Below, one piece after another: positions 1-8,644 of a DNA stretch of 53,484 bases. The position numbers and the translations under genes were made by a program. The DNA comes from an uncultured Nitrososphaerota archaeon (GTDB lineage: Archaea; Thermoproteota; EX4484-205; JAAOZP01). The DNA lies in contig CAZTSG010000004.1 in the NCBI GenBank assembly GCA_964616835.1, forward strand, positions 1-53,484, given 5' to 3'. The notes under the pieces were generated by a model. It was given only the letters and a program-made list of their open reading frames with translations, was not told where the DNA came from and did not search any database. How positions within the stretch are numbered: the stretch's first letter is position 1; every line of letters starts with the position of its first letter.

Positions 1-2
1 AG

Positions 3-293
3 ACGTGGTTTAACAATACGAGAATCCCCGTAGGCTGGTCGCTTTTCAACGCAACAGTTTACTTGACGAACGGCAGGGTCGACTATCAGCCCTATTCCTT
101 CGGCATATTTGTAACAGGAATAAATAGTGTGAGTTCTCATGACTCTTATTATTGGATTTGGTATAAGTGGGATCCCATGAATAATGATTGGATGCTTGGT
201 GAGACTGGATGCGATTCTTACTTTTTAAGGGATGGGGACATACTGGCATGGTATCTTGTCGATACTAGTAGCTGGCCGCCGGAGAAGCCTTAA
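3..293 (+). CDS. DUF4430/transcobalamin-like domain protein, 5'-truncated by the window edge
   Basis: The frame is open from base 3 (TWFNNTRIPVGWSLFNAT...). It contains the pattern FGIFVTGIN...YYWIWY...GCDSYFLRDGDILAW typical of DUF4430. Confidence 0.65.
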   Translation, partial: TWFNNTRIPVGWSLFNATVYLTNGRVDYQPYSFGIFVTGINSVSSHDSYYWIWYKWDPMNNDWMLGETGCDSYFLRDGDILAWYLVDTSSWPPEKP

Positions 294-325
294 AGCTTTT
301 TAGAAAGACCAAGTTATAATCAAGC

Positions 326-931
326 GTGGAGCCGGTTTTAAGAAAGATGGCGAAGGAATTTGAGAAGCATCCTAAGGATTTCAACATTGGCCATATTCTC
401 CTAACTATGTTTTATGCCGAGGAGGGTTTATCCCGGGCTAGGCTTCAGGAGATTCTTGGTTTAGGAGAAGGCTCTGTTAGAAGCATAATCAAGTATATGA
501 AGAAGCATGAGTTAGTATCTACTTCTAGAGCGGGTAGCAGTTTGACGAGGAAAGGCATGAATATTATTAGGAAAATAAGAGTTTTAGTACCGAAAATCTG
601 TAGGATCAGCCCAGAATACTTGTCTGTAGGAAAAGTAAATTATGTAGCCCTGCTGAGAGGCGTGAAAATATCTGAAATATTGAAGATGAGGGACAGGGTT
701 GTCAGGTTCGGCGGAACGGGCGCAGTCCTCCTCTTCTACAAGGAGGGTCGTGTTGAAATACCCTACGTGGCTGAAGACCTTAAGTCAGTCTCTAACAGCG
801 ATTATGCTAAGATATGCGAAATCAATCCTCAGGAGGGGGATTCGATAATAATTGTGGGCGGGGACAGTAAGAGCTCAGCCTTAAAAGCCCTGGGTTCTCT
901 TCTTCTAGAGCTGCTTACGCATCAAGTTTAA
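326..931 (+). CDS. winged-helix transcriptional regulator (DUF4443-like C-terminal domain)
   Basis: N-terminal wHTH (LSRARLQEILGLGEGSVRSII). First gene of the 326-3165 run. Confidence 0.6.
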   Translation: MEPVLRKMAKEFEKHPKDFNIGHILLTMFYAEEGLSRARLQEILGLGEGSVRSIIKYMKKHELVSTSRAGSSLTRKGMNIIRKIRVLVPKICRISPEYLSVGKVNYVALLRGVKISEILKMRDRVVRFGGTGAVLLFYKEGRVEIPYVAEDLKSVSNSDYAKICEINPQEGDSIIIVGGDSKSSALKALGSLLLELLTHQV

Positions 932-959
932 ATCTAGGTGTAAAGTTTCTGAAGCAGGG

Positions 960-1799
960 TTGAAAATAGCAGTTTTAACGCATAAACCATATTCATACTT
1001 CTCAACACGCTTATTAGAAGAAGCAAGTAAACAAGGAATCTCTTGTCAAATAGTCGATTTCAAGGATACTGCACTCGTGATGAAAAGAGGGGAAACATCT
1101 TTGAGAGCGTTAGACAAGGATGTTAAAGTAGTTTTTTCAAGACCTAAGATGTCGCTAAGCCCATTAATGCTTTACGCCGTGTTTCTCACCAAAATCCTTG
1201 AGGAAGAAGGCTTATACGTAATCAACTCCTTCGAAGGCTATTTGAACACCCTTGACAAAGTTGTCACCTACAGAAATCTTTTACTGAACAATCTTCCACT
1301 GCCGGATTCCATTATCTCGCCTTCTAAAAAAAGGCTTAGCGAGATGTCTCCCCCCTTCTTCCTGAAGCCTACATACGGCTCTCGGGGGAGAGGGGTCAGT
1401 CTTATCGAAAACGTTAAAGACCTGGGTTCTACTAGCAACCATGATGCTTGGATAGCGCAGTCGTACGCTAGAGAGGGTGATTGGGACCTTAGGATACTAG
1501 TGTTGGGTGGACGCGTAATAGCGGCGATGAAGAGGAGCTCTGGAAAACCCATTACAAATATTTCGCAGGGAGGAGTGGGAAGCTTTTTTGAAACTAGTGA
1601 AGAAATCGAGGAGCTTTCTCTTAAAGCCTCTACCGTCTTAAAATGTTCTTTCACCGGCGTCGACATATCTATTAAGGAGGACAACGCCTTTATACTGGAT
1701 GTTAACCCACAACCCGATTTCAAGGGTGTTGAGAGCTTGGGTATCAACGTCGCGCGCGAGTTAGTAAGGTATGTTTCGCTGGAGGCTGGAGGAAAATGA
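960..1799 (+). CDS. RimK-family ATP-grasp alpha-L-glutamate ligase (CofF/MptN/LysX-like)
   Basis: Motifs KPTYGSRGRGV, DLRILVLGG, TNISQGG, GVDI, LDVNPQPDF. Confidence 0.8.
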   Translation: MKIAVLTHKPYSYFSTRLLEEASKQGISCQIVDFKDTALVMKRGETSLRALDKDVKVVFSRPKMSLSPLMLYAVFLTKILEEEGLYVINSFEGYLNTLDKVVTYRNLLLNNLPLPDSIISPSKKRLSEMSPPFFLKPTYGSRGRGVSLIENVKDLGSTSNHDAWIAQSYAREGDWDLRILVLGGRVIAAMKRSSGKPITNISQGGVGSFFETSEEIEELSLKASTVLKCSFTGVDISIKEDNAFILDVNPQPDFKGVESLGINVARELVRYVSLEAGGK

Positions 1800-2416
1800 A
1801 GACAAGCGGCCTAGTTATTGCATTGGGTTACGGTGGTGAGAGCCTCGTCGAGCTTAATAAGCTAGGGGAATACCCTGTTTTCCTACACGTTGTTAGGAAC
1901 GTCGGGGAAGTTGCGGAGGAGGTTATCGTAGCAGTATCGAGAGGGTTGTTAGGAGTTTATGATAAAGCTGTTTCCGAATACGGTTTTGATGAATGCAGGC
2001 TTGTTGAAATCGGTGACTCTGGAGATGAGCTAAGCATTCTGAAAGAAGGGTTGGGCACGGCTGGCGGAGACATAGTTATTACTGCTCCTGCAAACGCTCC
2101 CCTTATACCGGTTGACATACTTACGCTATTAACTGAGCTTTGTGAGAGGAGGGATGCTGTCCTCACTAGAAACATGAAGGGGGATGTCGACTGGTTCCTA
2201 TCCGCCTACAATAGGAAGAGCCTTATCGAGGCTATTGGACTTGGAGAAGGTGGAGGAATGGGTAATGTTGTAGAAAAGCTTAGAAGAGTAATGTACATAG
2301 CTTACTCCACGATAAAAGACCTCGACCCCATGCTACTCTCAAGCGTAAGGATCATGCGTGCATCAGACATACAGTTAGTGGAGAAGATTATAGGGAGGAC
2401 GCGGGGAGTACGTTGA
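1796..2416 (+). CDS. MobA/CofC-like nucleotidyltransferase-fold protein, divergent
   Basis: Pattern ITAPANAPLI...DLDPMLLSSVRI resembles the MobA D-x-P and C-terminal segments. The N-terminal Gly-rich motif is degenerate. ATGA overlap with the upstream gene. Confidence 0.55.
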   Translation: MKTSGLVIALGYGGESLVELNKLGEYPVFLHVVRNVGEVAEEVIVAVSRGLLGVYDKAVSEYGFDECRLVEIGDSGDELSILKEGLGTAGGDIVITAPANAPLIPVDILTLLTELCERRDAVLTRNMKGDVDWFLSAYNRKSLIEAIGLGEGGGMGNVVEKLRRVMYIAYSTIKDLDPMLLSSVRIMRASDIQLVEKIIGRTRGVR

Positions 2417-3165
2417 GGGAAATCAGGATTTTCGGTATAAAGTACGACGGGAACATAAAGAAAGGAGATAACCTAGCTAGGATAACGATAGAATCCCTAG
2501 GAAAGGAGGGTATTAAGGTAGAAGAGGGGGACATAGTTACTCTGACGCATGTTGCGGTGTCGAAATCCATCGGTTGCACGATAGGTTTCAAGCAGGTTAA
2601 GCCCAGCCCATTGGCTGTGGCGCTGGCTGACAGAGTGCGTAAGCCACCTGAGGAGGTTGAAATCATTCTCAGGAAGAGTAGGGAGGTTGTCAGGCTTGTT
2701 GGAAGCCGTATCATAACGAGGACGAAGAGCGGAATAGTATGTGCCAACTCAGGCGTCGACGTTTCCAATGTAGACGGAGGATTGAGCATGGCTTTTCATC
2801 CGAGGAATCCCGATAGGGTTGCCAAGAAGATAAGAAGGCAGTTTCTTAACGAAGGCGTTAACGTTGGGGTGATAATAACGGATTCCTTCGACAGGCCTTT
2901 TAGAATGGGGCAGGTTAACATGGCAATAGGGTGCTCCGGGATAGCTCCAATAAGAGACCTGAGGGGAAGTAGGGATCTCTACGGGTATGTTTTAAGGTTT
3001 AAACGCATAGCGGTTGTCGACGAGCTGGCTGCTGCGAGCGAGCTTGTGACTGGAAGCTCTTCAGAAGGAATCATAGGGTCCTTGATAAAGGGCTATAAGT
3101 ACGATTTTTCAGAAACAGGGGTTAAGAGTATTCTGAGGCCTAGGAAAAAAGACCTCTTTCTTTAG
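2413..3165 (+). CDS. cofE: coenzyme F420-0:L-glutamate ligase
   Basis: Motifs CANSGVDVSN, GVIITDSFDRPFRMG, DLYGYVL, DELAAA and C-terminal DLF. Confidence 0.88.
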   Translation: MREIRIFGIKYDGNIKKGDNLARITIESLGKEGIKVEEGDIVTLTHVAVSKSIGCTIGFKQVKPSPLAVALADRVRKPPEEVEIILRKSREVVRLVGSRIITRTKSGIVCANSGVDVSNVDGGLSMAFHPRNPDRVAKKIRRQFLNEGVNVGVIITDSFDRPFRMGQVNMAIGCSGIAPIRDLRGSRDLYGYVLRFKRIAVVDELAAASELVTGSSSEGIIGSLIKGYKYDFSETGVKSILRPRKKDLFL

Positions 3166-3237
3166 ACCTCTTGTTATTAATTATTTTCTGCGATTAAAAG
3201 AAAACTGTTAATAATCTTTGATTAGCCGTGTGAAAAC

Positions 3238-3936
3238 ATGGTTGAAGGATCTCCAGTCATGCACAGAGGTGAACTAATGGGCTTCGTCAAGAAGGAATAC
3301 CAATCCGCAAGGTTGGCAGAACTCATGCTGCTCTACGAGCCGAGTGAGCAAGTAGACCTTAAGATTCTCCAAGACTCTCTTAACACTCTGCTTGGACTGA
3401 GAAAGGGGCCTCCTCCGGAAGCCACCGAGCTTCTAGACGATGATTCTGTAATAGTTAGCAGGGCAATAGCCAACTCTATTACGCTACCCTTCACCAAACC
3501 CGTCATTAAAACCCTAGTCCCCATGGAGCTGTTTAAACCAATCCCTGGAACAGAGTATATTCTGGAGATAGATATACCTAGTAGGGAGCTGACACTGGCC
3601 GTTGAGGACAGGTTGGCGGGAATCCCCGGGCTGGCTGGTGAATGGTTCGTGGGAAAGGTAGAGGGGATAATAATTAGGAGCAGGAAGAGCCTTTCCGTAG
3701 AGATCCCTGTTAAGACGGGCATGATGGGTAAATACGACAGGGAGGCTGGAGAATGCCTTACAATATTCGATTTTAACAATGGTTTTAGGACGTTCAAGAC
3801 TATGGTTGATGCAAACATACCGATAATTCACGGCGACATCTTGCTTGCAGACGGCTCCTTCGACGAGAATAAGCTAATGCTGAAGGTAAAGCTCCTGTTT
3901 CTACCGAGATCAAGGGAGATGTGGGTACTAGGATAA
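3238..3936 (+). CDS. hypothetical protein
   Basis: 232-aa ORF with ATG start and an AT-rich upstream region. No recognisable motif. Confidence 0.6.
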   Translation: MVEGSPVMHRGELMGFVKKEYQSARLAELMLLYEPSEQVDLKILQDSLNTLLGLRKGPPPEATELLDDDSVIVSRAIANSITLPFTKPVIKTLVPMELFKPIPGTEYILEIDIPSRELTLAVEDRLAGIPGLAGEWFVGKVEGIIIRSRKSLSVEIPVKTGMMGKYDREAGECLTIFDFNNGFRTFKTMVDANIPIIHGDILLADGSFDENKLMLKVKLLFLPRSREMWVLG

Positions 3937-4569
3937 AGAAACAGGCTTGCCAATTGCCCTAAGTACCTCCGGAGCCTCAGCTAATTCTCCTATTTTCCAT
4001 ACCGGTACGACTAGACAGCCATTCAAAATCTCGGGTTTAGAATCTAAGAAAGTAATGACTAGGGGGTAGATTTCCTTCTCAACATTTTTCTCAGCAAAGT
4101 ATTTGGCTAATAGCAGAGACCTTTTAAACTGGAGCCTGCAGGCTGAGCGGAGATTATAATTTCTCCTAACCCACTGCTTACAGTCTATGGAGATTAAAAG
4201 CATGGGGATTTCAACTAAGAGGTCTATTTCCCTACGGCTATTTCCCACACAGAACCTGAAATGCTCTTGAACCTTAAAGCCGTGGAGCCTAAACACTTCC
4301 GCAATAATTCTTTCAAAACCCCTCCAGTTGACTGATTTAAAAACCGTTTCTAAACAGACACCTGATTCAACCAGGTTCCGGAGGAGGAGCAGACAGCATT
4401 CAGGAAGACCTTTAAAAAACTCTTTATACTCTACCATAACCCCTTTAACCAACAACAGTTTTAAATAATCCTGATATTCCTTGGCCTCATCCCTAGTTAT
4501 TGTGAAGCCTCTTTCCAAAAACCTCTTTAAAAGACTCAGACCCGTGTTTACGTCAGGCTTATTCAGCAT
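3928..4569 (-). CDS. PD-(D/E)XK restriction-endonuclease-like (Mrr_cat-type) protein
   Basis: Motif WRGFERIIAEVF...EIDLL...IDCKQW. Confidence 0.75.
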   Translation of the reverse strand: MLNKPDVNTGLSLLKRFLERGFTITRDEAKEYQDYLKLLLVKGVMVEYKEFFKGLPECCLLLLRNLVESGVCLETVFKSVNWRGFERIIAEVFRLHGFKVQEHFRFCVGNSRREIDLLVEIPMLLISIDCKQWVRRNYNLRSACRLQFKRSLLLAKYFAEKNVEKEIYPLVITFLDSKPEILNGCLVVPVWKIGELAEAPEVLRAIGKPVSLS

Positions 4570-4633
4570 TGCTTAACCTCATGGAGGAGGTTAAAAATAA
4601 GGATTATATGCAAGTCCGGATAATAGGGACGCG

Positions 4634-5080
4634 TTGAACATAGCCGGGATATTAATAGTCATAACGCTGTTAAGCTCCCCTAAGCCCGTGAACGAGGTTG
4701 AAACAGTTAATATTACTGTGATCCTTAAAGTATCGCCTTGGGACCCATTAGCAAGATCTTTCTTCTACGTATATGTCAACGGATCCCCGGTTATTCATGG
4801 GACAGAGCTAAAAGTAAACCCTTCTGGAAAGCTTGTTTTCAGTGTTCCCAAGGGCAGCTATTTATGGATAACTGGAGAACTGGAGGTTATCGGCGATTAC
4901 GGGTTCTGGTACAAGCTTGAAGGCGTTAACGGTAGCAGGCGTTCGCTAGAATTCAGGGCAGACCGTGAAACACTCGTATACTTAAACTACTCGGTGAATC
5001 ACGTACTCTTGTCACCGTACTTCATAGCCGTGTACTTACTAATAGCACTTTTAGCCATAAGGAAGCGTATTAGGAAATGA
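4634..5080 (+). CDS. membrane-anchored hypothetical protein
   Basis: Hydrophobic N-terminus, beta-rich middle, and a C-terminal TM helix followed by a basic tail (IRKRIRK). Confidence 0.6.
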   Translation: MNIAGILIVITLLSSPKPVNEVETVNITVILKVSPWDPLARSFFYVYVNGSPVIHGTELKVNPSGKLVFSVPKGSYLWITGELEVIGDYGFWYKLEGVNGSRRSLEFRADRETLVYLNYSVNHVLLSPYFIAVYLLIALLAIRKRIRK

Positions 5081-5086
5081 AAAGAA

Positions 5087-5668
5087 ATGTTTAAAAAAAA
5101 GCAATGGCTAACCCAAATGGAAATGGGAAGGGTTAAGCCAGTTATCTTGATCGCCGGTGAATTGGGAGCCGGATGCACGGAGGTCGGGGAACTTCTTTCT
5201 AAAAAACTCGGCTTAGAAGTCCATAATACTGAGAAGATTATAAGAAGCCTAGTGTCCTCGCCCACCCTCAGCTTCAAAGCCCTTGTTGAGAAATCTGTCT
5301 CTGGAGAAATAGAAATAGAGAAGGTTCTTTATAGCATGGTTTTAGACATAGTCAATAATGGTCCAGCCATAATAGAGGGGAGAAGCGCCTTAATGGCTTT
5401 AACCCATGAGGCCGATCTTAAAGTATTCTTGTACGGGGATATGAAGGATAGGGTAAAGCATCTTGCTGAAAGAAGGAAGACGGAAGACCTTAAGCAGCTT
5501 GAGGAGGATATTAAAGCTTCTGATATAGATAGGAACAGCCTGGTTGAAAAGCTTTTCCACAGGAACTGGAGAGACCCGTTGCTTTACGACCTGATGATAA
5601 ATACTTCTAAGATGTCGTATGAAGAAACAGCATCACTCATACTTGAAGCTCTTAAATCTAGAACGTGA
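5087..5668 (+). CDS. cmk: cytidylate-kinase-like protein (real start possibly ATG 5117)
   Basis: IIEGR, ADLKVFL and YDLMINTS are archaeal Cmk patterns. The P-loop reads GELGAGCT, without the lysine. Confidence 0.6.
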   Translation: MFKKKQWLTQMEMGRVKPVILIAGELGAGCTEVGELLSKKLGLEVHNTEKIIRSLVSSPTLSFKALVEKSVSGEIEIEKVLYSMVLDIVNNGPAIIEGRSALMALTHEADLKVFLYGDMKDRVKHLAERRKTEDLKQLEEDIKASDIDRNSLVEKLFHRNWRDPLLYDLMINTSKMSYEETASLILEALKSRT

Positions 5669-5690
5669 GCGAAGAGCCAAGAATTGTGTT

Positions 5691-5703
5691 AAAGATTTAT
5701 ATA
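5691..5703 (+). promoter_or_regulatory. BRE/TATA box of the lysine-rich small gene
   Basis: AAAGA-TTTATATA ends about 25 nt before ATG 5728, the spacing expected for a leaderless archaeal transcript. Confidence 0.6.
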
Positions 5704-5727
5704 TGACTGGAATAGAAAAATTTTATC

Positions 5728-5901
5728 ATGAGCGAAGCGTGTGGTGGTGGAGAAGCACCTGCAGCTCCCACACCTACTGAAGCACCTGCAGCTCCAGCGC
5801 CTGCGAAGCCGGAGAAGAAGGCTAAGGCAAGGCCTAAAGTCAAAAAGGCTAAGAAAGCTAAGGCTAAAAAGGCTAAAAGGGCTAAAAAGGCTAAAAAATA
5901 A
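5728..5901 (+). CDS. 57-aa Lys/Ala/Pro-rich basic protein, histone H1-tail-like; candidate chromatin protein
   Basis: Translated by hand: MSEACGGGEAPAAPTPTEAPAAPAPAKPEKKAKARPKVKKAKKAKAKKAKRAKKAKK*. TATA upstream and T-tract downstream. Absent from the ORF track (shorter than 60 aa). Confidence 0.8.
   Translation: MSEACGGGEAPAAPTPTEAPAAPAPAKPEKKAKARPKVKKAKKAKAKKAKRAKKAKK
5752..5898 (+). repeat. coding repeats: 17-bp direct repeat GAAGCACCTGCAGCTCC (5752, 5779) and imperfect 9-bp GCTAAAAAG tandem units
   Basis: Directly visible. They encode EAPAAP twice and (AKK)n. Confidence 0.8.
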
Positions 5902-5903
5902 GG

Positions 5904-6566
5904 CTATTTTACCCCCTTTTCTTTTTCGATAAAATCGATTAGGAGACGTGACGCTTCCTCCAGAGTGCTAACAACGTATCCTGCTCCATACGCCTCTAAC
6001 GGGATCTTATGCTTTACGCAGAGTATTGAAAGACCAGCGGCTTGAAACATGCTTTTGTCATAGATGGTGTCACCGATTGCAGCTGTTTCGCTCAGGGGAA
6101 TAGAATATTTCCTGCAAACGTTTTCTAGGACCCTTGCCTTCTTAGAGGGGTCCACATTGATTCTGACGGTCCCTGTGAAGAATCCTTTCTCGTCGAAAAC
6201 CATTTCATTGGAAATACACTCGTCTGCCCCCAATTCCCTACATACTCTTTCTGCTAAAACGTTAAGCCCGCTCGTAACTATGACTCTTAAAACACCTAGT
6301 TCCTTAAGCTGTTTGAATAGGCTTTTAGCCTCCTCTCTTATTCTAACTCTAGAAAAAACGTATTCGAAAAAGGACCTTAGAAGACCCTTGGGCCAAAGGC
6401 TCACGTCATGTTTGACAAACTCCTCGTAATCCATCTCCCCCCTTGAAAACCTTTCTAAAGCCTTTGAAGCAAGATGATCGACACCGAGGAACCTGTGCAA
6501 CACCCTCCAACTGCTATCCTCTTCGACAAGCGTCCCGTCGAGGTCTGAAAAGAGAACCCTTATCAT
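5904..6566 (-). CDS. HAD-IB hydrolase, phosphoserine phosphatase (SerB)-like
   Basis: Motif I DLDGTLV, motif II TSG, conserved K and GDTIYD. Confidence 0.8.
   Translation of the reverse strand: MIRVLFSDLDGTLVEEDSSWRVLHRFLGVDHLASKALERFSRGEMDYEEFVKHDVSLWPKGLLRSFFEYVFSRVRIREEAKSLFKQLKELGVLRVIVTSGLNVLAERVCRELGADECISNEMVFDEKGFFTGTVRINVDPSKKARVLENVCRKYSIPLSETAAIGDTIYDKSMFQAAGLSILCVKHKIPLEAYGAGYVVSTLEEASRLLIDFIEKEKGVK
5907..5926 (+). terminator. T-rich archaeal terminator-like tract
   Basis: TTTTACCCCCTTTTCTTTTT lies just after the TAA at 5901. It also overlaps the 3' end of the opposite-strand gene. Confidence 0.4.
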
Positions 6567-7141
6567 GAGGGGAACCCGGTTAACCTACTTGCTTCTAGGA
6601 AAGCCGCTACAAGTAGGAAGCCCATTACCATTATAATAGTTTCAAGGTATTCTTTAAGCTCTTTCCTAAACCTTTTCTCAACCATAGCGAAAAACCCCGC
6701 AAGCCCCTGCGCAGAAGCCAATCCATAAGCGATAATCTCGAATATGCCTTCTGGACTCGATATGCTACTGACTGCGAGGAGTAAGGGGTTTGAATTCTTC
6801 ATGATTGAGAATGCGGATATGGCCATGCCACTGAGAGAGGAGGAGAATATGCTGAATACGAAGCCGATTATCGGGATTATCATGACTAGGCTGAGCGTAA
6901 AGTTGTGTATGAAGATATCCAGTGGGTTGGAGCTTATGGATTCCTCCAGAGATCTGACTATATTCTCAGCCAAATCTCTTTCGACGGGAATCATGGATGA
7001 AATTATGAAAACCAGCGAGAAAACAAATACCGTAATAGGGAATAATCCCCATTTAGTGCATAAAAGTGATGACAATACTTTACCCTCCTGTCCTCCGTGA
7101 GCTCTGTCCCGCTTTTCAGCAATCGTCAAATCAGTGTGCAT
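6563..7141 (-). CDS. SpoIIM-like membrane protein
   Basis: Pattern IFIHN...PEGIFEI...LLVAAFLE with several TM segments. Confidence 0.7.
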   Translation of the reverse strand: MHTDLTIAEKRDRAHGGQEGKVLSSLLCTKWGLFPITVFVFSLVFIISSMIPVERDLAENIVRSLEESISSNPLDIFIHNFTLSLVMIIPIIGFVFSIFSSSLSGMAISAFSIMKNSNPLLLAVSSISSPEGIFEIIAYGLASAQGLAGFFAMVEKRFRKELKEYLETIIMVMGFLLVAAFLEASRLTGFPS

Positions 7142-7196
7142 TCAAGTTGTCAAGTAGATAAAGGTTTATCGCCTTCCAGCTAGTCATTGGAAGAAC

Positions 7197-7751
7197 ATGC
7201 TGGAGAAAATCCTGGGGGTGGAGAAAGCGTACGTGGGAAAACTGTTGTCCCTCGTTAAGTACCGTGTTTTAATTAGGGGTGTTGAAACGGTTAGGGAGGT
7301 TGTTACACATCCAGGCGCAGTTGCCATAGTCCCCTTTAGAGACGATGGGAGGATAGTCTTAGTCAGGCAGTATAGGCTCCCGGCGGGCGAGCCCCTCATA
7401 GAAGTGCCTGCCGGAACACTGGGCGAGGACGAAGACGAGGAGGAGTGCGCTAGGAGAGAGCTCTTGGAGGAAACTGGTTATGAAGCAGGCGCTCTAGAGA
7501 AGATTAGAAGCTTCTACTTGGCACCAGGTTATTCAACAGAAAAGATAACTCTTTTCATAGCCAGGGGGTTGAATAAGAAGAGTCAAAAACTCGAGTTGGA
7601 TGAGGAGATAGAGGTATTGGAGTTAACCCTTGAGGAAGCGTTGAAAATGGTTAGGGAAGGAGTCATTAAGGATGCTAAGACTATAATCAGTATCTACGAT
7701 GCTGTTAGAAAAACTAGCTCTGGGAATGAGCATAACTCAAAATTTATATGA
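7197..7751 (+). CDS. Nudix hydrolase, ADP-ribose pyrophosphatase (NudF-like)
   Basis: Nudix box PAGTL...ARRELLEETG, plus HPGAV, QYR and DAKT. Confidence 0.88.
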   Translation: MLEKILGVEKAYVGKLLSLVKYRVLIRGVETVREVVTHPGAVAIVPFRDDGRIVLVRQYRLPAGEPLIEVPAGTLGEDEDEEECARRELLEETGYEAGALEKIRSFYLAPGYSTEKITLFIARGLNKKSQKLELDEEIEVLELTLEEALKMVREGVIKDAKTIISIYDAVRKTSSGNEHNSKFI

Positions 7752-7772
7752 GAGCGTTTCACGTGAGGTGCG

Positions 7773-8612
7773 ATGAAAACATCCTCCGAGGTTCTGCCGA
7801 AGCTTGACTATAATAGGGTTATCGAATACTTGACGATAAGTCTGAGAAAATACTTTGAAAAAGCCCGTAGGGAAACGGGAATTGTAGGCTTATCCGGCGG
7901 ACTTGACAGTAGCGTAACCGCCCATCTAACCGTAAAAGCATTAGGAGCAGAAAGGACTAGGCTTTACATACTACCTTCGATCGTTACGCCCCAAGAAGAT
8001 ATTGAGGATGCGACGAGCATAATTAAACAACTAAACATACCTGCGGAAAACTGGAGGATAATCAGCATCGACCAAGTTGTTGAAGCGTTTGAAAAGTCGC
8101 TTGGGCCAATGGGGAGGGTTGAGAAGGGAAATGTGATGGCTAGGAGCAGGATGGTTATGCTCTACCATGAGGCGGCAGTCCACAGAGGCCTAGTCGTGGG
8201 CACGAGCGACAGGAGCGAGATACTTTTGGGGTACTTCACTAAGTATGGTGATGGCGGCGCAGACATTCTTCCAATAGGAGGTCTCTACAAGACCATGGTG
8301 AGACAATTGGCTGAATACCTAGGTGTTCCAGAGAAGATACGTAGTAAGCCAGCTTCGCCGGGTTTTTGGCCCGGTCACACCGCTAGGGACGAGATTGGGG
8401 TTGATTATGACGTTTTAGATGCAGTACTCTACTTGAGGTTTGATAAAGGCCTTGGAGAAAAGGGGATTCAGAAAACCCTGCAGATACCCATAGAGACTGT
8501 TAGAATGGTCTTGGAAAGAATCAGGCTGAACCAGCATAAGAGGCGTATGCCGAAGGCATTCCCCGTTGATTACAGTGAGATGAGGGTGAGAAAACATGTC
8601 AACAAGCTTTAA
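7773..8612 (+). CDS. nadE: NH3-dependent NAD+ synthetase
   Basis: Motifs GLSGGLDS, GNVMARSRM, GYFTKYGDG, HKR. Confidence 0.93.
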   Translation: MKTSSEVLPKLDYNRVIEYLTISLRKYFEKARRETGIVGLSGGLDSSVTAHLTVKALGAERTRLYILPSIVTPQEDIEDATSIIKQLNIPAENWRIISIDQVVEAFEKSLGPMGRVEKGNVMARSRMVMLYHEAAVHRGLVVGTSDRSEILLGYFTKYGDGGADILPIGGLYKTMVRQLAEYLGVPEKIRSKPASPGFWPGHTARDEIGVDYDVLDAVLYLRFDKGLGEKGIQKTLQIPIETVRMVLERIRLNQHKRRMPKAFPVDYSEMRVRKHVNKL

Positions 8613-8644
8613 GAGCGAGAAAAGCCCGCAGGGGTTGAAAGCAT

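Noticed and set aside
5741-5932. 63-aa ORF MVVEKHLQL... in the ORF track
   Set aside because: It is an off-frame shadow of the repetitive 5728-5901 gene, which has the ATG at the proper TATA spacing.
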